A DNA stretch of 64,000 nt, from positions 950,131 through 1,014,130 of the forward strand of contig NC_134033.1 in NCBI RefSeq assembly GCF_964204645.1. Direction: 5' to 3'. Below are positions 1 through 11,100 of this stretch, one piece after another. The DNA is from Tubulanus polymorphus (Eukaryota; Animalia; Nemertea). The notes under the pieces are model-generated. The model was given only the letters and a program-made list of their open reading frames with translations. It was not told where the DNA came from and searched no databases. The position numbers and the translations under genes were made by a program. Numbering within the stretch: the stretch's first letter is position 1; each line of letters opens with the position of its first letter.

Positions 1-77
1 GCAGACTTAAAATTGGCCGACCTGAAGGAAAGAATTCTCAATGTCACCAATTGATGCAGATCTCTAGATAAACGAAT

Positions 78-1510
78 GCAGACCCCGTTCCAGCTGCTGC
101 CTTCCCAGTTAGGCGCCCTAGGCAGCGGACCCTCCGGCAGCCGCACCCTGCTGCGCAGAGGTGGTCCCGTCGCGTGGACGGGCGGCTGTGGGAGGGGGAG
201 TTACGGGAGGTAAGCATCATCTCATCGAAAAGAGCCCGCGTTGGTGCCGTGAAAGTAAGTTTGATTTGCGTCAAATCATTTTAAGTTCGATAATCTGGGC
301 AGGGTTTTATAGACCACATCATTTTCTCCTAGGGGTAAATCCTCAACCTTGGCCCGATTTCATAGACCGGGTTTCAATGTTGCCCCTAGCGGTAAATCCT
401 CAACATAGGTGACAACCACCATTGTAACAATGATAAACTATGGTAATAACTGACAAATTTTTAAATGTTTCCATTTCGAACCACTTTTCAAGTGATTTTC
501 GCGTCTCTGCACCCACAGTTCATGGTTATTCATGAAGACTTGACCATTATTTCCTGTTTTTAAGTCATGTAGATTATTATCATTGTGGTTCACCAATGAT
601 TATGAGGATATTTTATTGTTTTCAAAATTTGCATCGGAAAAAGAATTATCCCTGAACCTTTCCGGTCCTACCGAGCTATTCACATATAGAATCCCTGAAT
701 CTCTCCGGTCCTACCGAGCTATTCACATATAGAATCCCTGAACCGAGCTATTCACATATAGAATCCCTGAACCTTTCTGGTCCTACCGAGCTATTCACAT
801 ATAGAATCCCTGAACCTTTCCGGTCCTACCGAGCTATTCACATGTAGAATCCCTGAACCTTTCCGGTCCTACCGAGCTATTCACATGTAGAATCCCTGAA
901 CCTTTCCGGTCCTACCGAGCTATTCACATATAGAATCCCTGAACCTTTCCGGTCCTACCGAGCTATTCTGATACCGAATTCTCCAAACAGTAAGAAATCA
1001 TTTAATGTTTCGATGATTTAATCAATGTTGATCGTTTTGTTTTTTCCAGAGAGACGAGATACCGCAACTGCGCCGCTCCCCGCGGCTACAATGCCGTCGA
1101 GTAAGTTTGAATTATTTACTGAGTTAGTGGTATTCCAGATCTGATAACGACTTTGAGAGTAGTGCCTCCATTTTTAAGAGCTTTGAAATATCAAAATACT
1201 TTCAAGATCACAATGATTTCTAGTTGTGGTTATTTTTCGATCTCTTTCATCTGAACCTTGGCAGTGGGAGGGGGAGTTACGGGAGGTAAGCATCATCCTA
1301 ATTTGTTTATTTAACAATCATTGAAGAGATTAGGCGGAATATCGCCGTGGATCCGCGGTATTTAGTTAATTTTTTGACGCGATGTAAGTACAACTTTTTG
1401 CACTTATATTAAACTCTCTACTTTCTCTTTTCACTGATCACATCATTTTTCATCCCCCGCTCGTGTTGAGATAAATATCCTCAACGTATATTGAATAAAG
1501 TACTGGCTGT
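78..1510 (+). pseudogene. Inverted, rearranged partial paralog of the 3' part of the micro-exon gene
   Basis: 78-209 matches exon 6873-7108 (ADPVPAAA...WEGELRE|gtaag). 225-254 resembles exon 11736-11777. 255-1049 matches the introns at 11735 to 10491 with an internal deletion. 1050-1100 resembles exon 10440-10490. 1318-1383 resembles exon 9119-9184 with the acceptor changed CAG>CAA. In-frame TAA at 69-71. Confidence 0.75.
646..968. repeat. ~40-bp minisatellite (CCTGAACCTTTCCGGTCCTACCGAGCTATTCACATATAGAATC), ~8 units
   Basis: Direct tandem units with no spacers; inverted homolog at 10570-10780. Confidence 0.95.
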
Positions 1511-2084
1511 AATGGTGTAAAACTATCTCGCTCTATCCGTTATCAATTACACTTTCCTGTTCGACCGATAATCAGAAGATTATGTATCAAAAGAAATCCT
1601 AAATTATCTCAAATACTGACAAAACTTGAGAGTGAGAAGCAAAAAACATTTTCATGCTGGTATCACGGTTCCCTCAGTTATATGAATTCAGAATTCCCAA
1701 GTATTTCATGGGTGATTTTTCAATTTTCCCAAATGGCAATGAACACATATCGTCATGCAACAGTCAACATTTTAGCGGTGACTGGTTGATAAAGGTGATT
1801 TTCAAGGGAAACTGCTGAAGAAAGTCGCCCTTGGCAAATTACAACATGTGAAATATAATGAATTTCCCAAGTATTTTCCTGATATAAGGAAAATTTTTTT
1901 CAAATTCCCAAATATTTCCAAACCGGGAATTATTATTACAAAATTCCCAAGTTTTTCCCAATTTCCCTGTTCTGTGGGAACCATACGGTATAATCCGCAC
2001 ATCGTAAACGGATGCATAGCAAAAATCGAAAAAAATAATTTGGTGTCTATAATTTGAGAATGTACCTTTATAAGAATAACTAAG

Positions 2085-2372
2085 TATACATGTGACTAAA
2101 TATACACATAACTAGACATACACAAACCTAGACATACACAAACCTAGACATACACATGCCTAGACATACACATGCCTAGACATACACATGCCTAGACATA
2201 CACATGCCTAGACATACACATGACTAGACATACACATGCCTAGACATACACATGCCTAGACATACACATGACTAGACATACACATGCCTAGACATACACA
2301 TGACTAGATACACACATGACTAGACATACACATGACTAGGTATACACCTGACTAAGTATTCAGGTGACTAGT
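2085..2372. repeat. 16-bp minisatellite (CTAGACATACACATGM)n
   Basis: Direct observation; diverged inverted counterpart at 4865-5040. Confidence 0.9.
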
Positions 2373-2641
2373 CAGAGACTGCATTCGTGTTTTAATAGTT
2401 GTTATCATTGTTTCCAGAGGGTTGGAGAAACCTCTGGGGAGTTACTGGACATATCCCGTGAATCGTAGCGGTCTAACCAGGAAGATGACCATATCCAGAC
2501 CAACCAGAATACCCGCTTTTGAAAACCCTCTTACATCTTCCCATATTGCTGGCTGAATGCGTGCTCGCGGCGCGTGTTGGGCGTAAATTCTTGATATCTG
2601 CACCGGCAACGTGGACCTGAGTAAAAGCTCAGCAACAATTT

Positions 2642-3060
2642 AGAGGGGAGTGGGTAGACCAGGGAGGGAATAGGGCAGGACTATGGGAGAATTTGGGAGG
2701 GGAGCAGAAATGGGAGTAAGAGGGAGATAGAAAAGAGGTAAGGAGGAGGGCAGAGTATAAAGAGGATATGAGGGAGGGAGGGATGCAGGGAGGGAGGGAG
2801 GGATGCAGGGAGGGAGGACAAGAGGAAGTGAAAGAGGAGGGCAGAGCATAGAGAGAAGAGATTAGGGCAGGGTAGGGAAGAGGATGTGAAGAGGAAAGGG
2901 AGAGAGGGAGGATCAGGTATGGGAGAGGATGAGAGGAAGAGGGTTAGGGTAAGGAGAGGATGGTAAAGGAGAGAGGCAAGAAACGTGGAAGGGAGGAGGA
3001 AAAGAAGAGAGAGGAGGAGCAGGGTAGAGGGTAGAGGAAAGAGGGAGCCAAAACTAGGGA
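2642..3060 (+). repeat. Polypurine (GA-rich) low-complexity tract
   Basis: About 420 bp nearly devoid of pyrimidines on the + strand. Confidence 0.85.
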
Positions 3061-4864
3061 TGCAATATCCAGTTATACTAAGTGAAAATACCAAGAATCT
3101 ACGTGCCAAGATAAATGAGGAGGGCCTACAAAAAAAAGTCTAAGAAAAAAAAACCTAAGAAAACGAAATACCTAAAAAAGTGTTTGGAAAAAAATCAGGA
3201 ATTTCTGAAAATATTGTGACAAATTTTGAATATTTTTGCTATATGATTTTTAAGAATGGTCTAAAGAGCAACGAACCCAGTTTCACGAAGTATAATTTGA
3301 CAATGATTGGTTCTAACTCAATCCTAAACTGAATATCTTCGTGAAACTGGGCCCACATAGGAATACCAACCACCCCCACAACCCGAACCCATCCTCAACC
3401 ATGTCCCTACACCCCATCCCAGGGTTTAATGGGTTCAGACGACACGCGTGAAGAACTAACAATCATTCTCGCAAAAACAGAACCAACATTCACTGTATAC
3501 AACATTCACACACACACACACACGCACACACATACTAAGAGAAGCTTCGTAATTGAAACGTTGAAATTAATTTCGAATATTTCATTCAATTAATGGATTC
3601 ACAAAAAAGTATCAACTCCTTAAACGAGTTTCCAAACGTTTTTGTTTAACTTTGCCTAGGATCGAAACATCACGAATTGTTATGAAATCCGAACTCCAAA
3701 TCTATTTCAAATTTTCAATTACGTTCTTCTGAGAAAAAACAAAAGAAGACCAATCTTAATAATGATTATTTCAAAAATTTTCTAAAATATCAAAACATTC
3801 TCAGTAGTTCCCGACGCAGAAAAAATTTTGCCTAGAATTTTGCCTAAGTTAAACCTAATTTAACCTAATATATTTTGTCTGGGATCGATTTTTTCGGATA
3901 TTTCCTTGAATCATTTGAACACTTGCCTCAAGTTGGGCTTAAACGACAAGTGAAACTGTGTACTCTGAATAAAACATTGTTTCTTATAATCCATTTTACA
4001 CTGTATCGAAGAATTGTCAACAAGTCTAATAGGGAGAACAATAGACTCAATTTTTTTTAAATAAATCGAAAATAAATTAAGTTCAGAAATTAGCCTACAC
4101 CTTTCACGCCTAAATACTGAAATATTTTCCAAATGATCAAAATTATAATTTGTCGGCTTGAAAAAATTGGAAACACATTGTTAGAAATGAAAAAAATGGA
4201 GTCTCTTGTCTCTTATTCAACTAGAGTAGATTCTTTTTCTATCTTTCAATACAGCATAAAATGGATATAAAAGCTAGTTCATTTAGACTGCACCGTTTCA
4301 CTATCATATCAAGACCAAACTCGAGGCATGCGTTCAAAAGATTGAGAAAATTATCCCGAAAAATCTACCACAGACAGAAAAATATAAGACTTATGTTAGA
4401 TAAGAAAAAAAAAGAAAAAAAACCGAACTCCTTAAAATTGTAATAATAAAGCCTAAACTATCACTAAACCTAAACTATAAAAAAAAGGTAGGAAGAGGGG
4501 GGCCAAGATCTCGGCACAGCGAGCCAGGGGGGTTAGTGCACATCCTGCGCTCGCTAGGAGGGTACATGACCACCCTCCCGCAACCTCGGGAGGACCTCCT
4601 ACTGCAGCCTCGGGAGGTCTTATGCCTCGTGCTACAGCCTCGGGAGATTTTATACCTCCTATTCCGTCACTTCCGACGGAAATACGCCATTGCCAGCTCT
4701 GGAAGAATGGGATGTTTCGTGCGAGTTTATCTCCGGAAGGCCCGGATCTGCGGCCATCAACCCAGCACCGTACGATTCATATCGAGATATGACTAGTAAC
4801 TCCGAGAGGTAGCCCAACCATAGAAACAATGATAGCAACTAGTAAAACAGAATACAGAGTCTGA

Positions 4865-5175
4865 CTAGTCACAAGAATACCTAGCCACGTATATACCTAG
4901 TCATGTGCACACCCAGCCATGTGTACATCCAGCCATGTGCACACCTAGTCATGTGTACACCCAGCCATGTGTACATCCAGCCATGCGCACACCCAGCCAT
5001 GTGTACAACTGGTCATATGCATACTTAGTACCTGAATACATATGTACCAAGCACCTAACAGCACCTGCACCTAAAAGGATCTGCACCTGTACCTGAGAGC
5101 ATCTGCACCTGTACCTAAAAGGACCTGCACCTGTACCTAAAAGGATCTGCACCTGTACCTTATAGTATCTGCACT
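4865..5175. repeat. 16-bp minisatellite (CAGCCATGTGTACACC) followed by CTGCACCTGTACCTAAAAGGA repeats
   Basis: Direct observation. Confidence 0.85.
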
Positions 5176-5416
5176 TGGAAAATTGACTGCAATTTTCGCA
5201 AAGAGTAATTTTTACTCAAATTGCTGAAAATTAGAAAATATGGACGAGGCGAACACGTCGAAAAAACGTTTGACACGCAAAATATTGTTTTAGAAAAAAT
5301 CGGTTTAAGAAAATGCCGAGATATCGATCGACGGTTTTTCGAATAATCTGAACTCAATTGAGCTGATTATCAATTTATCGACTGATCGACTTTCAACTGA
5401 CTACTACGACCGAGTC

Positions 5417-5895
5417 ACTGACTTATAAAGACTTACTGACTACTACTGAACATGACTACTGTGATTGAGTGACTGCTACAGAGTCACCAATACTATTACT
5501 ATTAATGACAAAATGACTACTACGAGTCACTGACTACAACTTAGTGACTACTATTAACCAAAAAATGACTACTACAACTGACTTATAAAGACTTACTGAC
5601 TACTACTGATCATGACTGCTGTGATTGAGTGACTGCTACAGAGTCACCAATACTATTACTATTAATAACAAAATGACTACTACGAGTCACTGACTACAAC
5701 TTAGTGACTACTACTAACCAAAAAATGACTACTACAACTGACTTATAAAGACTTACTGACTACTACTGATCATGACTGCTGTGATTGAGTGACTGCTACA
5801 GAGTCACCAATACTATTACTATTAATGACAAAATGACTACTACGAGTCACTGACTACAACTTAGTGACTACTACTAACCAAAAAATGACTAGTAT
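5417..5895. repeat. 3 x 160-bp tandem repeat built from ACT/GACT motifs
   Basis: ACTGACTTATAAAG recurs at 5417, 5577 and 5737. Confidence 0.9.
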
Positions 5896-6079
5896 GACTG
5901 CGTAACTTGACTGAATGACTACACTACTACTGCTGATTAACTGACTACCATGACCGATGAAAAAAACTGTTTCGTTGAACTGCTGATTACCCGGATACAG
6001 GAAGCAGTTGAATCGTAAATGACCCAGTGAAGCAGTGAACAAACAAGCCTACCTCGTTACTGGATCATTTACGATTCAT

Positions 6080-6541
6080 CTACTCCCTGTACCCACGCCT
6101 AAACAAGACCGATTTTAAATCATGTAAAAGAGCCTTTGATCTATCCGAAGATAGAAGCTCCTCCCACGGTCCCACGGAACCGCGAGCCACCACCCGCACT
6201 TCGGCGCGGCATCGGTCGCTGGACAGAACTCTGTCCAGCGCCGAAACCGGGGCAGCGGCCAACGGCTCCACGGGGGCAGGAGGAACCCCTCTTACCTCCT
6301 CAACCTCCACGACCATCTCCTCTTCTACCGGTTCCGGCTCCGGCTCCGGCTCCGGGACCGGTTCAAACACCGGTTCCGGTTCCGGCTCCGGCACCGGCAC
6401 CGCCTCCACCACCTCCGGAACTACCACGACGCCGATCTCCTCCCCTCCGCCACCGCGTCGCTCCCCCTCGGGAGGCGCCACACCACCGCGACGAACCGCC
6501 GGACGGCGTCGTCTTCGATGCCGAGCGGTGCGCGTGCCCGT
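6080..6541 (-). CDS. Terminal exon: Arg-rich stretch, Pro-Glu repeats, helical C-terminus
   Basis: ttttgcag acceptor at 6542; ORF 6080..6565 in the track; phase-0 join to exon 6873-7108. Confidence 0.8.
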   Translation of the reverse strand, partial: TGTRTARHRRRRRPAVRRGGVAPPEGERRGGGGEEIGVVVVPEVVEAVPVPEPEPEPVFEPVPEPEPEPEPVEEEMVVEVEEVRGVPPAPVEPLAAAPVSALDRVLSSDRCRAEVRVVARGSVGPWEELLSSDRSKALLHDLKSVLFRRGYRE

Positions 6542-8065
6542 CTGCAAAAAAAAGAAAACATTCATTTACTAAATGATCGGTTGAAAAGTGATTTTTTACA
6601 GAAAATTTTCGGATCAGTAACCGAGCTGAAATAATGAAACAATTGATTACATATAAACAAAGAGATAAATCGTCGCGATCTGGGAAACAATATTCTAAAG
6701 GGTTAGAAAATAAAGCAAAAAAAAAAATGACGATGGCTCGCTGAAAATGAAAGTATTATTAAAGAAAAGATATTATAAGTGATTCATAAAAACTGTTCGT
6801 GTGAGAGAAATTCATTCGAAATCAAAACTGAGAGAAATATAAAAAAACAGTTAATGTTGAGATGATGCTTACCTCCCGTAACTCCCCCTCCCACAGCCGC
6901 CCGTCCACGCGACGGGACCACCTCTGTGCAAGAGGGTGCGGCTGCCGGAGGGTCCGCTGCCTAGGGCGCCTATCCGGGGAGGCAGCAGCTGGAACGGGGT
7001 CTGCCAGCTGGTCATCCAAGACAGGACCAAGGTTCAAGTGAAAGAGGTCTATGGCCTCTTTCACGTCCTCCGGACCATCCTCCACCGTCTCAATTAATAT
7101 TGGTTCCACTGTAAAATATAAAATAGAAAGAAATACATTAACCATCAGGAGAAACAATTAATATATCAAGGGCGGATCCAGTCCCCCGCCTTTAATATCT
7201 TCAGGTGCCCTCAAGATATTTTTAGGAATTTCTTTTTCCATTTTATAAAGAAAGATAAAGTATTCTCTCATGATGGCTATCGAATAGCCTCGTGCAACAA
7301 AATTTCAAAATTTTCTGGGGAGAAACACTTAAGACCCCTTTCATCCCTTCACGAGTGCTCATGTGCCCTTCAGTAAACCTTCCAAAAATCCTGGCTCAGC
7401 CCTTGTAGATTTACAGTGAACCCAGTGTAGCTAGTAATCTCATTAATACAAAATGGCTGACTTTCCACTTGAAGTGTGATTGGTTGCCAATAATTTGTGA
7501 CATCATCATGCAGCAGAATGTGGGATGCGGAAAGAATACAATATCAGTCTCGATGAGTGACATTGATGGGCTGGTTGAGAATTTAGGGGTTGTCGGGACA
7601 GGGTTACTACAGTACAGCACAGAAGTAACTAAACATTGTATCATTGTATTGTTCAGTCACATGAACAAATAAATAGGTGTCATACCATCAGCGAACCATC
7701 ACTTAACCATCAGGTGAACCCCTGCCATAACCGCAAACCATGATTCATGATGATTTGAAAATAATTCTAAATGGTAGGCATGGAAACTTGTTAAAATTGA
7801 TCTAGTTCATAAAATGCAGTCTATTTTCTCTGATTCAAATCAGTTCAAGAAGACTTTTTTGGCAATGCTTCAATTAACAGCGTAAAATGGATGCAAAAAC
7901 GATGGTTTATTCAGACCGCGCGGTTTCACTGGTCGTATTTAAACCAAATTTGATGCGGTATGTGTTTAAAACAATGAGCGACATATGGTATATGGAGTAT
8001 ATTACTTCATGCCTTGCCAAACACTAATTACTTACTCACCAAATCACTCAATTAACCTGTTCTTA

Positions 8066-8118
<53 letters not shown>

Positions 8119-11100
8119 ATATATATATCCGTTTTCAGTCAATATCTCACACCTGACGATGATCTCTAGGGTGAGATCGAAACGTCGTGTTCTTATGTTT
8201 TAGATTGTTTCCATAAATAAATTCTCGATTTTAGAATTCTTTTAATTTGTAAATAAAGTTGGTTTTTATCTTATTAACCCTTTCAGTGCTGACTGATCAA
8301 TACCCTATAGTGCTGGAGATAATTTGAAAATTTTGAAAAATTCCACCCAAGTGTGTTGAATAACGGGAATAGCACTACAGTGCGTCTACACCACGGCGCG
8401 GTGTATCGTTAGTTACTGATATTTCACGGTGTCTGAAAATGGTTGACGCCACACGAAAATAAATAGGCTTCTGTTATACAGAATTCTGTTGTAAACAGAA
8501 AGGGAACAATGATCTCGTTTTTCGATTTCAATTATTTCTAGGATGTACCGTCAATAAGACCCGGGGCTTGATGAGGCAGTGGCTGCGTTACTGTGGCAAG
8601 CGAGGATCAGCTAGTGGTTACTCCTCAATTACCGTGCTTCAATTTCGTCGACACTTCCCGATTGAACTGTAGCCGACTCATCGCTTTATCAATACGCGAA
8701 AGTTCACGATTGGTAGAACACTATATCCGTGTTGACGCGATGAGGAGAGAATCCCACAATGATAATAAAAAGTCCGAAAATGAAACTTCGATATAGTCGA
8801 AACGTTGAAATAAACTACTATCTCGAAGTTTCATTTTTGGACTTTTTATTATCATTGTGGGATTCTCTCCTCAACGCGAAAGTTGCTCGAACAAAAATTC
8901 GTTTGATTATATTTGAATTTTGTAAGCGAAAATCGAGTTCGAAAATAAACTAATTTCATCGCGTATCAACGAGTGTATTTTTGCGCCATCTGTACGCAGC
9001 CAGTACCTTATTCAATGTACGTTGAGGATACTTAACACGAGCGGGGGGGGGGATGAAAAATGATGTGATCAGTGGAAAGAGAGAGGAGAGAGGTATAAAT
9101 GCAAAAAGTTGTACTTACATCGCGTCAAAAAATTAAGTAGATACCGCGGATCCGCGGCGATATTCCGCCTTATCTCTTCGATGACTGTAAAATAAATAAA
9201 TGAGAAAAATTATTAGTATTTCATTAAATCATGGACGATCAATAGGAGTTTTACGACGTGGACAATACAGTCAAAGTCCGTTATACTGCCGCCATACTCC
9301 ATCAGGAGTGACATGATTTTGGGCATTTTAACGTGCTGGATCCATTTCCATAAATGAGTTAACTCTGATCTCAGAATCTAGTTCTACATTTGCGAGAGTT
9401 AATTCTGAACTCAGGATCCAGTTCCACAGATGAGTTAGATTTAACTCTGAACACAGAATCCAGTGCTACAGTTACGAGTTAAAGTTAACTCTGAACTCAG
9501 GATCCAGTTCTACAGTTACGAGTTAAAGTTAACTCTGAACTCGGGATCCAGGACCCAGTTCCACAGTTGTGAGTTACAGTTAACTAAATTAATCATCAGT
9601 TATCAACAGTAAGGCGCTCAGTAACATCTTTCATATTTCTGTTCAAATCAGAGACAAATTCAGTATTTCTTGTCATAAAATAGTAACAAATACCGAAAAT
9701 CAGTAACAGTTTGGGCAGCTCTGCTAAAAATGTCTGGCTACAAACGGACATATCTAAATAGGATCATGAATATGTGTAGACTTACCATTTTCCGTCGCAT
9801 CGACGGCGGGGGCGGCAGCTGCATTTTCTGCCTATAATATAATAACAATCATGATGTTAAGGTTTAAGAAAACAACAAAAAAATTTGTCAAAATTTATGC
9901 AGTTTTTACTAGCGTTTCGATAACACGAATCGTAATTAGAGAGATAATGGGGCCAATTCCCTATATGAAATCAAAAGCTGAAATAGAGCCTGCAAACAAG
10001 AGCATTTCAAGAGCTCAACTAATGCAGCGCAAAGTTTCCAAACAAACCAAGAAATCACAATTTCAAAGTTTTTCTTGATTTCTCTTTATAGTACATTCGC
10101 CGTTTATGTATAGCAGTTCCGGTCCATTGGATAATCCTTTCATCATCGCTTTCATGAAATTTGAACAGTAGGGAACTGGCACCCCAGCTATCCCTTCAGA
10201 TGGCACCGCTTAGGTATGTGAGACAATCTAATGGGACAGAAAGTGAATTTCAGAGACGTCGTCTGCGCGACAAGTCGTCGTCAAATTAGAGCATCGATAT
10301 TTTTTCGCGCATCTCTTATTGTATTAATAGTGAGCACTGGATCATATCATTACGGTTAAAAATACCCGACTATTTGATATCTCTAATTTGAGTAGTTTTC
10401 ACCTGAATATATGACAGCGCAAGGGCTCTAATAACTTACTCTTCGGCGTCTCAGCCGCGGCGATCGCCTCAGCGGCGGTATCTCGTCTCTCTGGAAAAAA
10501 CAAAACAATCAACATTGATTAAATCATCGAAACATTAAATGATTTCTTACTGATTGGAGAATTCGGTATCAGAATAGCTCGGTAGGACCAGAGAGATTCA
10601 GGGATTCTATATGTGAATAGCTCGGTAGGACCAGAGATTCAGGGATTCTATATGCGAATAGCTCGGTAGGACCAGAGAGATTCAGGGATTCTATATGTGA
10701 ATAGCTCGGTAGGACCAGCGAGATTCAGGGATTCTATATGTGAATAGCTCGGTAGGACCAGAGAGATTCAGGGATTCTGTATGTCTTCCTGTTCATTGAC
10801 GTGTCAGTTATGATCAACACATTCAGTGTATTTGATACATTATAATTATTTTCACTTATAGTTCAAACTTACATCAGCTTGCGGCGGCGGCGGCGTCGCA
10901 GGTGTTTCAGTCTAAAAAGTAAAAAAACGATATTTCCATTGGTTATAAAAACATGAAAATGATTCATTTCAACTTAATATAATAAAACTTGGTTCCACAG
11001 TTCAGGACCCAGTCCCACAGTTACAGAACCTGGCTCCGCAGTTCTGGACCCAGTCCCACAGTTACAGAACCTGGCTCCGCAGTTCTGGACCCAGTTCCAC

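Noticed and set aside
646-968. CRISPR-like appearance of the 40-bp repeats (also the 37-bp palindromic repeats at 21427-21690)
   Set aside because: No unique spacers, no cas genes, eukaryotic context; these are plain minisatellites.
2640-3109. Leu/Pro/Ser-rich ORFs
   Set aside because: Products of the polypurine tract.
3535-3572. Possible second hammerhead (…GAAACGTTG after a CA repeat); similar CTGANGA hits at 43375 and 60231
   Set aside because: Core or stem II is incomplete.
6136-6576. 146-aa Pro-rich + strand ORF
   Set aside because: Antisense shadow of the GC-rich terminal exon, with no independent support.
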